Of a stretch of DNA of 37,885 nt, positions 28,475 through 35,383 are shown one piece after another (position 1 is the first letter of the stretch; every line of letters begins with the position of its first letter). Position numbers and translations under genes: made by a program. Under the pieces are notes generated by a model. That model saw nothing but the letters and a program-made list of their open reading frames with translations, was not told the DNA's origin and did no database searches. This stretch comes from a virus (taxonomy: Duplodnaviria > Caudoviricetes): positions 1 through 37,885 of the IMG/VR virus record IMGVR_UViG_3300046787_000110, one strand, 5' to 3'.

Positions 28475-28682
28475 TGGCACGGATCTTGCCTTAGCAAGTA
28501 TCATGCCAACTTGGCACACAAGCAAGAAGCATGCCAAGGCAGACTGGCACGGATCTTGCATGGCTAGCAAGTATCATGCCAACGTGGCATGGCACGCATT
28601 GTGCTATTAGCAAGTATCATGCCAACGTGGCATGGCACGCATCTTGCTAGTGAGGCACGCAGGCCAAGCAAGCTTCATGCCA
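28475..28682. promoter_or_regulatory. Array of nine sigma54 (RpoN) -24/-12 consensus sites
   Basis: TGGCAY-N5-(T/G)TGC on + strand at 28475, 28545, 28590 and 28633; on - strand at 28494-28508, 28522-28536, 28567-28581, 28610-28624 and 28668-28682. Confidence 0.75.
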
Positions 28683-28700
28683 ACGTGGCTAAACGCAAAC

Positions 28701-28725
28701 GCAAATGAGAATGATTCGCATTAGC
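28701..28725. promoter_or_regulatory. Fur-box-like palindrome
   Basis: GCAAATGAGAAT-G-ATTCGCATTAGC; the 7-1-7 core TGAGAAT-G-ATTCGCA resembles the Fur consensus TGATAAT-N-ATTATCA. Confidence 0.65.
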
Positions 28726-28820
28726 AATGCGCACGCGAGGCCGAGGGGCCTGTCTAGCGTCGTTTGCTTTATATAGTGTCCTGCATTTTTTCCCAGATCG
28801 TTCGTCTAATGATGATCGCT

Positions 28821-28847
28821 AACCACCCCGAGTTGACCATAGTAGTA
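28821..28847 (+). repeat. Early cassette element, copy 1
   Basis: AACCACCCCGAGTTGACCATAGTAGTA; a short hairpin lies between it and the CAGGAG RBS. Confidence 0.9.
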
Positions 28848-28896
28848 TCAGCAGGCAAATGCTTGTTGACTAACCAACCAAACAGGAGCAAACACC

Positions 28897-29196
28897 ATGC
28901 AAACAGCATACATTCACTTCATCAAGTATTCATTAGCCAAGCAGTGCACCATTTCAGTGTTCGATGGTGAAGAGTGGCAGGTCAAACGATCCACAAGCCT
29001 CAAGGCCATCATGGACGCGGTCAAATCAGTAGAAGAGGCAGACCTGCGCGTGCGTGACAGCGAGGGTAACGTGGTCGGTTGGGCCAAGGTCAGCGCCTAC
29101 GGCCTCGAACCTGAAGAGACCATGATGGACTGGTCAGTGAACCCATTCATGGACGCATGGGACGAGGCCTATCAGGCCGACACTGAAGGCAAATGA
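28897..29196 (+). CDS. Early hypothetical protein
   Basis: 99 aa, CAGGAG RBS. Confidence 0.8.
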   Translation: MQTAYIHFIKYSLAKQCTISVFDGEEWQVKRSTSLKAIMDAVKSVEEADLRVRDSEGNVVGWAKVSAYGLEPEETMMDWSVNPFMDAWDEAYQADTEGK

Positions 29197-29234
29197 TTGA
29201 TGCGTGATGCCCTGCGTGCAGGGCATTGCAGATC

Positions 29235-29261
29235 AACCACCCCGAGTTGACCATAGTAGTA
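29235..29261 (+). repeat. Early cassette element, copy 2
   Basis: Identical 27-mer; hairpin upstream at 29207-29226 and RBS downstream. Confidence 0.9.
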
Positions 29262-29285
29262 TCACCAACCAAACAGGAGCAAACC

Positions 29286-29543
29286 ATGATCACACTTTTC
29301 AAGACAACATACGTGCCGGCCACAAACACCGAGGCCTGCTATTTTCTGGTCCAGCGCATGGACGACGGGAGCAAGCCCAAGCGCTACTCTTACGAGTACA
29401 GCGCAAAGAATGCCGCACGTGCCGCGGCCTACCTGTACTCGTCGGACACATCACCCGACTGGGCGCCCAACGATGAAGACGGCCTCGAATACGTAGGCGC
29501 AGAAAAGGACGGCCTGACCTGCTACTACGCAGTGAGCAAATGA
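29286..29543 (+). CDS. Early hypothetical protein
   Basis: Start reassigned to the ATG after the CAGGAG RBS (MITLFKTTYVPATN...). Confidence 0.8.
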   Translation: MITLFKTTYVPATNTEACYFLVQRMDDGSKPKRYSYEYSAKNAARAAAYLYSSDTSPDWAPNDEDGLEYVGAEKDGLTCYYAVSK

Positions 29544-29581
29544 TTGATGCGTGAAGGCCTGCGTGCAGGCCTTTGCAGATC

Positions 29582-29608
29582 AACCACCCCGAGTTGACCA
29601 TAGTAGTA
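29582..29608 (+). repeat. Early cassette element, copy 3
   Basis: Identical 27-mer; variant hairpin at 29554-29573. Confidence 0.9.
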
Positions 29609-29631
29609 TCACCAACCAACAGGAGCAAACC

Positions 29632-29844
29632 ATGGACAAACTGTACGCATTCCAACGTCGCATGCACTCAAAGTGCCACTACTACCCACGCGAGTATTCC
29701 GTGGCCATTAACTGGAACCCTGAGGCCCGCAAGTGGGAAACCCTCACGTTCAAAATGGACAGCGAATTCAAGACCGAACTAGAAGCCTTGTTGCAAGGCA
29801 CCGACGGCCACATTTACCGCATCGACGGATATTTCACCAACTAA
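29632..29844 (+). CDS. Early hypothetical protein
   Basis: MDKLYAFQRR..., ATG after the CAGGAG RBS. Confidence 0.8.
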   Translation: MDKLYAFQRRMHSKCHYYPREYSVAINWNPEARKWETLTFKMDSEFKTELEALLQGTDGHIYRIDGYFTN

Positions 29845-29854
29845 GGAGCACACC

Positions 29855-30235
29855 ATGATCAGATTCAGCAAAACCATTCCCGACGGCCGCCACCCAATGG
29901 AGGCCCGCGACTGTACAGTGCGCGCCCTGTCGCACGTGCTCGACATGCCGTACAGCGAGGCCCACGCGACCATGGCCGCATTCGGCCGCAAGCCACGCAA
30001 AGGTGTGCCGCGCACCGAGGTGATCGCGGCCTACGCAAGCAAGGGCCTGATCTACATCAGGCGCAACGACCGGCCGACACTGGCCCAGTTTATGCGCGAG
30101 GACGGATCCAAGCATGAGCGCCTAGTGATCAACAAAACCGGCCACGTGTTTGCCCTGATCAACGGCACACAGTTGGACACGGCCAAGTGTGGACCACGCA
30201 CGCGAGTGCATGGTTATTACGTACCGGCAAAATGA
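29855..30235 (+). CDS. Early protein with Cys/His/Asp pattern (possibly papain/C39-like fold)
   Basis: 126 aa; RDCTVRAL...TGHVFALING..LDT; AAGGAG RBS. The fold call is speculative. Confidence 0.7.
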   Translation: MIRFSKTIPDGRHPMEARDCTVRALSHVLDMPYSEAHATMAAFGRKPRKGVPRTEVIAAYASKGLIYIRRNDRPTLAQFMREDGSKHERLVINKTGHVFALINGTQLDTAKCGPRTRVHGYYVPAK

Positions 30236-30269
30236 TGCGTGATGCCCTGCGTGCAGGGCATTGCAGATC

Positions 30270-30296
30270 AACCACCCCGAGTTGACCATAGTAGTA
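30270..30296 (+). repeat. Early cassette element, copy 4
   Basis: Identical 27-mer; hairpin at 30242-30261. Confidence 0.9.
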
Positions 30297-30320
30297 TCAC
30301 CAACCAATCAGGAGCACACC

Positions 30321-31064
30321 ATGAAAAAACCAACAGGATTCGTTATCTACCGCGGCCCATCTTTGCTCGACGGCACACCCATCGTGGCCATTGCCTTGCT
30401 TGGGTCAAGCAATCGCAAGACCGGCAACATGGTGCAGACCTACATCCTGCGCGACGACATGCGCCCCACCTTGGCAGTGCAGACCGGTGCCGACAGCGCG
30501 ATCTGCGGTAACTGCAAACACCGTCCCTCATTAGGTGGCGCGTGCTACGTGGTCGTGGCCCAAGGCCCCACAGTGGTGTTCAAGACCATGCAGGCCGGCA
30601 AGTACCCTACAGCGACGCCAGTTGATGTAGGCCAAATGGTGGCCGGTCGCATGGTGCGTCTTGGCACGTACGGCGACCCTGCCGCAGTGCCTGCGTACGT
30701 GTGGCAGGACCTGACAGCACAGGCCGCAGGCCGCACAGGTTACACACACCAGTGGGCAAACGAGGCCCTGCCAATGGACCATCGCGCAGACATTGCCAAG
30801 TTGACCATGGCCAGTGTGGACACAGTGGAAGAGGCACAACAGGCACGCGCAAGTGGCCTGCGCTACTTCCGGATCCGTGTGGCCACCGAGGCCCTGCAAG
30901 AGCGCGAGTTTATCTGCCCTGCCAGTGAAGAGGCCGGCAAGCGCAAACTGTGCGACACGTGTGGCGCCTGCAACGGCACGACCAAGAGCACAGGCGCAAG
31001 CCCAGTGATCATCGTCCACGGCAACAAGGCCCGCCGATTCACAGAACAGCGCGCAGTAGCGTGA
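30321..31064 (+). CDS. Cys-rich early protein (GP88-like/radical-SAM-like, possibly Fe-S binding)
   Basis: SNRKTG, ICGNC...ACYV, VRLGTYGDPA, GYTHQW, MASVD, ICPA...CDTCGAC; start after the CAGGAG RBS. Family call is from recalled motifs. Confidence 0.6.
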   Translation: MKKPTGFVIYRGPSLLDGTPIVAIALLGSSNRKTGNMVQTYILRDDMRPTLAVQTGADSAICGNCKHRPSLGGACYVVVAQGPTVVFKTMQAGKYPTATPVDVGQMVAGRMVRLGTYGDPAAVPAYVWQDLTAQAAGRTGYTHQWANEALPMDHRADIAKLTMASVDTVEEAQQARASGLRYFRIRVATEALQEREFICPASEEAGKRKLCDTCGACNGTTKSTGASPVIIVHGNKARRFTEQRAVA

Positions 31065-31077
31065 ACACATCGGGGCT

Positions 31078-31104
31078 AACCACCCCGAGTTGACCATAGT
31101 AGTA
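31078..31104 (+). repeat. Early cassette element, copy 5
   Basis: Identical 27-mer followed by an RBS. Confidence 0.9.
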
Positions 31105-31127
31105 TCACCAACCAACAGGAGCACACC

Positions 31128-31286
31128 ATGCAATTAGAGTACACACAGGACTGGCAAACACAGGCCCGCGGCACAAACGACCAAGAGTATCAGATCTACC
31201 TGTACTGCGCCAACGACGGCAAGGGTGGAGACATTACCAACAACGGCAAACCTTTAAAAACCTACGACGAATGGATCGCATCATGA
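31128..31286 (+). CDS. Early hypothetical protein (52 aa)
   Basis: Read manually: MQLEYTQDWQTQARG...YDEWIAS; CAGGAG RBS. Confidence 0.75.
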   Translation: MQLEYTQDWQTQARGTNDQEYQIYLYCANDGKGGDITNNGKPLKTYDEWIAS

Positions 31287-31471
31287 AAACAGTCACAATC
31301 ACACAACAACAGTGGTCAGAGTTAAACGTCAACCTGCTGTACACCATGGCCAAGTACTTGGCCGACGAGCACAGCGAGAGTCTGACACGTGAAGAGCGCA
31401 CAGACACCAACAACATGCTGAACGACGCGCTGTACCAGTACAAGAAAATTAAGGAGGCTTTCCAATCATGA
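31283..31471 (+). CDS. Early hypothetical protein
   Basis: ATGA overlap with the previous gene; MKTVTITQQQW... Confidence 0.7.
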   Translation: MKTVTITQQQWSELNVNLLYTMAKYLADEHSESLTREERTDTNNMLNDALYQYKKIKEAFQS

Positions 31472-31563
31472 AATACTTACGCGAACTAATCGAGGCCATG
31501 ATACTGGCCGCCATCATTGGTGGCCCGTTTTTCTACTACCTACTCTACGTGATGAAGCCATGA
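31468..31563 (+). CDS. Small membrane peptide (31 aa)
   Basis: MKYLRELIEAMILAAIIGGPFFYYLLYVMKP; AAGGAGG RBS; ATGA overlaps at both ends. Confidence 0.65.
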   Translation: MKYLRELIEAMILAAIIGGPFFYYLLYVMKP

Positions 31564-31658
31564 CAGTGTGGCCATTCCCCCCGTTTCCAAACCCACTCGA
31601 CAAGGGCACCAAAGTGCCCCGATTCAACCCCGACAATTTCGAGGACGCGCCCTTTTAA
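31560..31658 (+). CDS. 32-aa peptide ending in an SSB-tail-like FEDAPF
   Basis: MTVWPFPPFPNPLDKGTKVPRFNPDNFEDAPF; ATGA-coupled; its stop overlaps cassette element 6. Confidence 0.6.
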   Translation: MTVWPFPPFPNPLDKGTKVPRFNPDNFEDAPF

Positions 31659-31683
31659 CCACCCCGAGTTGACCATAGTAGTA
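31657..31683 (+). repeat. Early cassette element, copy 6
   Basis: Identical 27-mer followed by an RBS. Confidence 0.9.
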
Positions 31684-31707
31684 CAACCAACCAAACAGGA
31701 GCACACC

Positions 31708-31974
31708 ATGACAGCAGAACCATACACCGACCAAGTTGGCGGGTTTATCTATTACAAGAAAATGGCCTACAAGGCCTTGGACGACACCAAGTGCAGTGCA
31801 CACGGCGTGTGCGTGGCCGTGGAGTACTTCAACGGCGACTACAAATTCGTGATCTGGACACTGGGCCCCAAGGGCCTGATCAAGCACGAGTTGTTTGGTG
31901 AGACCACCAACCAAGAGCGCCTGAATGCTCACGTTATCGGTTTTGCAGAGCAATACACAAGGACAACAAAATGA
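31708..31974 (+). CDS. Early hypothetical protein
   Basis: MTAEPYTDQ..., ATG after CAGGAG. Confidence 0.75.
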   Translation: MTAEPYTDQVGGFIYYKKMAYKALDDTKCSAHGVCVAVEYFNGDYKFVIWTLGPKGLIKHELFGETTNQERLNAHVIGFAEQYTRTTK

Positions 31975-32297
31975 ACGCACACCAATTAGCATACGAGCAG
32001 GGCAAGATGGACAAATGGGAGCAGATCACGCGCACCATGGACGAAGTGCGCGCACACCACGAGGCCGGCAAGTACGTGGTCATGATCGAGGCACCGACCT
32101 ACTGCCCCTACACCGACGCGCCCATGGGCACCATGCCCCACATGGTCAAGGCCTGCAAGACACGTAAGGAGGCCGACGCGCTGATGAACGACTATTTTGA
32201 AGAGTACATCGACCACGACGTGGTGGCCATGTACATATACCCCAAACACGTGCCGGCCACACCGGCAACAGACGAATTCGAAGACATTCCATACTAA
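31971..32297 (+). CDS. Early protein ending in an SSB-tail-like DEFEDIPY
   Basis: 108 aa; Pro/Ala/Thr linker followed by an acidic-IPY C-terminus. Confidence 0.75.
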   Translation: MNAHQLAYEQGKMDKWEQITRTMDEVRAHHEAGKYVVMIEAPTYCPYTDAPMGTMPHMVKACKTRKEADALMNDYFEEYIDHDVVAMYIYPKHVPATPATDEFEDIPY

Positions 32298-32307
32298 GGA
32301 GAAAACC

Positions 32308-32646
32308 ATGGACGCTAAGACATACTGGAACGGCACAGGCCGCTACCAAGAGCAGGCAGACCTGCTAGAGACCCTGATCCCTGCATCGGGCCCAGTGTAC
32401 GACGCGGAGGGCGCCAACAAGCACCTAGACGCATTCAGGCGCGCAGTTAACTGCTACTACGACCTGTACAACAACGGCCTGTTCAATCGGGCACGTGAGT
32501 TCAAAGGTCTGTTTAAAATGTCAGGCAATGCAGACCCCGAGCGCATCGAGGACAAGATGACCCAGTTCATACTGGCCGCGATGCAAGAGCAGTTTGGCAA
32601 CGACGAAGAACAGACAAACGAGAGTTTTGCATACCACGGGGCCTAA
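32308..32646 (+). CDS. Early hypothetical protein
   Basis: MDAKTYWNGTGRYQ...YYDLYNNG; AAGGAG RBS; its stop overlaps element 7. Confidence 0.8.
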   Translation: MDAKTYWNGTGRYQEQADLLETLIPASGPVYDAEGANKHLDAFRRAVNCYYDLYNNGLFNRAREFKGLFKMSGNADPERIEDKMTQFILAAMQEQFGNDEEQTNESFAYHGA

Positions 32647-32671
32647 CCACCCCGAGTTGACCATAGTAGTA
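32645..32671 (+). repeat. Early cassette element, copy 7
   Basis: Identical 27-mer followed by an RBS. Confidence 0.9.
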
Positions 32672-32696
32672 TCAGCAACACAAACAGGAGCACACC

Positions 32697-32951
32697 ATGA
32701 AAAAATTACAGAAGTTTATAAAAGCAGAAAACGACTGGCGCAAGTTGTTCGGCAACAGTGAGTTGTCAATCGACACCCCTGAGGGTAGACAGCAGGTGGC
32801 AGAGTTGATCGACATTCAACTAAGCCCCGAGAACCTGTACTGTGATGGGGAGATCAGCCACACAGAGGCACAGATGAAGTACCGCATGTTGTCAGGCGCG
32901 GCCAAAGACCTGATGAAGATCGACCCCAACGTAGTCATTTATGAAATCTAA
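32697..32951 (+). CDS. Early hypothetical protein
   Basis: 84 aa, LSPENLYCDGEI; CAGGAG RBS. Confidence 0.8.
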   Translation: MKKLQKFIKAENDWRKLFGNSELSIDTPEGRQQVAELIDIQLSPENLYCDGEISHTEAQMKYRMLSGAAKDLMKIDPNVVIYEI

Positions 32952-32961
32952 GGAGCAAACC

Positions 32962-33222
32962 ATGAACAGCAATGAATTAGCATCTATCGTGGCCGAATCA
33001 AACGGCCGTTTTGTCAGCGTGGTGTTTGTCAAGAAAGACGGCACACAGCGCGCCATGCTCTGCCGACTGGGCGTGACCAAGCACCTGAAGGGTGGCGAGT
33101 CTAAGCTTAACGCGGACCAGTACTTAACAGTATTCGACGTGCAGAAAGAGGCCTACAGGGCCATTAACAAAGACACCATTTTGTCGGTCAAGTTGGCCGG
33201 TACCACATACGTACAGGAGTAA
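32962..33222 (+). CDS. SH3/Sm-like beta-barrel (WYL_2-like) protein
   Basis: FVSVVFVKKDGTQRAM...VFDVQKEAYRAI pattern; AAGGAG RBS. Family call is from recalled motifs. Confidence 0.55.
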   Translation: MNSNELASIVAESNGRFVSVVFVKKDGTQRAMLCRLGVTKHLKGGESKLNADQYLTVFDVQKEAYRAINKDTILSVKLAGTTYVQE

Positions 33223-33225
33223 GCC

Positions 33226-33444
33226 ATGATCGAGTACAAAATCGACCGCAATTGTGACGGGCAAGACGTGTTCTTCGACGGCAAGAAGGTGGGGTGGTTA
33301 TCGTTCGGTGACCTGCGCAGTCTGTATGAAGACCGGCGCCCTGTGACCATGTTGATCATGGACAAGGGCACCAAGCACCACGACAACATGGACGTGGCCA
33401 AACAATACATCGAGTCAGTTTACCAACGGGAGCAAACAGCATGA
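33226..33444 (+). CDS. Hypothetical protein
   Basis: 72 aa, CAGGAG RBS. Confidence 0.7.
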   Translation: MIEYKIDRNCDGQDVFFDGKKVGWLSFGDLRSLYEDRRPVTMLIMDKGTKHHDNMDVAKQYIESVYQREQTA

Positions 33445-33782
33445 CAGTACTAGCAAAACAACACGCGCCTAATCGCGCAGAGATTTTGATCGGTGACGAC
33501 AACGGGTGGGTGGCAGTGCACATGACACTGGGCACACTGTGGGTGGAGGTGTACGACCGCAACGACAACCCAATCCACATCTACAAGGAAGACTGGCCCG
33601 AGCCGGTCAAGCGCAAGTTTAAGGTGCGTGCATCGTACCAAGCCATGTGCGAGACAGAGATCGAGGCCAACAGCATGGACGAGGCCTACGAGTTGGCCAA
33701 GCAATTAGACGGGTCATCATTCGACACACACTGCGACCCTGATGACTGGCACATTGAAGACGTATGGGAGACAGAGCGATGA
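33441..33782 (+). CDS. Hypothetical protein
   Basis: 113 aa, ATGA overlap; EIEANSMDEAYELA motif. Confidence 0.7.
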   Translation: MTVLAKQHAPNRAEILIGDDNGWVAVHMTLGTLWVEVYDRNDNPIHIYKEDWPEPVKRKFKVRASYQAMCETEIEANSMDEAYELAKQLDGSSFDTHCDPDDWHIEDVWETER

Positions 33783-33940
33783 AAACACACATTTTGAAAC
33801 ATGTACGTTCACTTTTCGTGCACGAAATGGTACCTACAAGTACAGCGCGCCACAACATGCGCCAGTGGGTCCGGTCGGTGCGCAGACTGGGTGACAAGCA
33901 TTTATTAGCGGCCAAGGTGGCCAAGAAGGAGAAATCATGA
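33779..33940 (+). CDS. Hypothetical basic protein (53 aa)
   Basis: Read manually: MKTHILKHVRSLF...RQWVRSVRRLGDKHLLA...; ATGA overlaps at both ends. Confidence 0.7.
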   Translation: MKTHILKHVRSLFVHEMVPTSTARHNMRQWVRSVRRLGDKHLLAAKVAKKEKS

Positions 33941-34176
33941 AATTCAGAAAGAAACCCGTAGTCATTGAGGCCACACAGTGGTTCAAGCATGGCGACCACC
34001 CTGCAGTCGTTGAGGCAAGCGTTGGTGGTGTAAACGTTAATTTAATCGAAACACTGGAGGGCGATCACTGGGTCACTGAGGGTGACTGGATCATCACAGG
34101 CGTGAAGGGTGAGCACTACCCATGCAAGCCCGACATATTTGAAATGACCTACGAGCCAGTAGAGGAGAAAGCATGA
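33937..34176 (+). CDS. Conserved phage protein (FRKKPVVIEA / GEHYPCKPDIF type)
   Basis: 79 aa with motifs common in phage proteins. Confidence 0.85.
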   Translation: MKFRKKPVVIEATQWFKHGDHPAVVEASVGGVNVNLIETLEGDHWVTEGDWIITGVKGEHYPCKPDIFEMTYEPVEEKA

Positions 34177-34370
34177 ACAACGAAACAGCGTTTCCGGCCC
34201 AAGCATTGGGTGGTTTGGGATATACCACAGGCATGACCCTGCGTGACTACTTTGCGGCCAAAGCGTTGCAAGGGATTATGGTTGACCCAATGATGACTAT
34301 GAGCGCAGACAAGATTGCAGACTGGGCTTATGAAATGGCAGACGCAATGATGGAAGCGAGGACAAAATGA
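34173..34370 (+). CDS. Conserved phage protein (GMTLRDYFAAKA type)
   Basis: 65 aa; motif familiar from proteobacterial phages. Confidence 0.85.
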   Translation: MNNETAFPAQALGGLGYTTGMTLRDYFAAKALQGIMVDPMMTMSADKIADWAYEMADAMMEARTK

Positions 34371-34585
34371 GATCACTAGAAGACTACAACATTCGCGACG
34401 TGGCCGAGTACCTGCGCGATTGGGGCTACGTGGTGACAGCCCCTGCCGACGCAGGCGACGGCCTATGGGTCAGCCAAGAGCAGTTGGCAGACATTGAGCA
34501 CCTACTGGTGTGCGGCCAAAAAGAGGCGGCACAGAACGACCTGTTTGACCTAGTAGGGAAAACCCTTAACCGGAGCATGACATGA
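34367..34585 (+). CDS. Hypothetical protein
   Basis: 72 aa, ATGA overlap. Confidence 0.7.
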   Translation: MRSLEDYNIRDVAEYLRDWGYVVTAPADAGDGLWVSQEQLADIEHLLVCGQKEAAQNDLFDLVGKTLNRSMT

Positions 34586-34800
34586 TGAAACCAATCACAC
34601 GATTCACCCTAGAAGACCAACTAATGGAGTGTTGGGGTGTGGTGGACGACATAGACATGGTGTACAGCACCGAGGCCCTGTACCAAGATCAGGACCGCAT
34701 GATGAACGTCCTGCTAGGCATGCAGGAGCTATACAAGATCCGTTTTCAGCGTTTATTTGACACATTCGAGCATTTAGTCCATGAAGGGAAGATCACATGA
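34582..34800 (+). CDS. Hypothetical protein
   Basis: 72 aa, GGAG RBS, ATGA overlap. Confidence 0.7.
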   Translation: MMKPITRFTLEDQLMECWGVVDDIDMVYSTEALYQDQDRMMNVLLGMQELYKIRFQRLFDTFEHLVHEGKIT

Positions 34801-34955
34801 TCTACATACACGTCGCGTATAGTGCCTCCAACGAGCGTTGGGAGGTTTGGGCAGGGTCAGGCCGCACCTACATCGGAAAATCGCGCCTAGAGGCCATAGA
34901 GGCGTTCAAGGCCCGTATCCCACCGGATACACCTGTTAGGGTTGTGTACCGATGA
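34797..34955 (+). CDS. Hypothetical protein (52 aa)
   Basis: Read manually: MIYIHVAYSASNERWEVW...; ATGA overlaps. Confidence 0.6.
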   Translation: MIYIHVAYSASNERWEVWAGSGRTYIGKSRLEAIEAFKARIPPDTPVRVVYR

Positions 34956-35056
34956 CCCTGCCATTGTTTGGTTTGACCATTGCACTGCTACTATGGGCGG
35001 CAAAACAGACACGATGGGCACTCGTCATGGTGCTCTTGGTGTGCTATTTTGACTGA
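34952..35056 (+). CDS. Hydrophobic peptide (34 aa)
   Basis: MTLPLFGLTIALLLWAAKQTRWALVMVLLVCYFD; ATGA-coupled. Confidence 0.5.
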   Translation: MTLPLFGLTIALLLWAAKQTRWALVMVLLVCYFD

Positions 35057-35158
35057 ATTGAGGATTCATGCGGCCTGCGCTTAACTGTTCAGGGTACAAC
35101 CCGCATGGATCCTAGGTTTTAAAATTGCCTATTTTTTAAGCAGGTAAAAAAGCTAATG

Positions 35159-35221
35159 AAATCAACAACTTACACGATTTTATACCTCCGTAGGTATTTA
35201 GTAGGTGTAAGTTGTTGATTT
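35159..35221. promoter_or_regulatory. 17-bp perfect inverted repeat made of two IHF-consensus sites
   Basis: AAATCAACAACTTACAC (35159-35175) and GTGTAAGTTGTTGATTT (35205-35221); each contains AATCAA-CAAC-TTA, matching WATCAANNNNTTR. Confidence 0.7.
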
Positions 35222-35241
35222 TAAAGGAAAAAGTGCCTTGC

Positions 35242-35382
<141 letters not shown>

Positions 35383-35383
<1 letters not shown>

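Noticed and set aside
28475-28690. Short-period repeats as a mini-CRISPR or simple tandem repeat
   Set aside because: Units alternate in orientation, have no unique spacers, and conserve GG-N10-GC rather than full sequence.
28833-28848. TTGACC...TAGTAT in the early repeat as a sigma70 promoter
   Set aside because: The hexamers are only 4 bp apart, not ~17 bp.
29204-30320. Shared N-terminal peptides (MQINHPELTIVVSPT / MMPCVQGIADQPPRVDH) as a protein domain or leader peptide
   Set aside because: They are translations of the non-coding repeat; the real starts follow the CAGGAG RBS.
28821-32671. 27-bp identical repeats as a CRISPR array
   Set aside because: Intervals are 347-988 bp and contain RBS-led genes; no cas genes.
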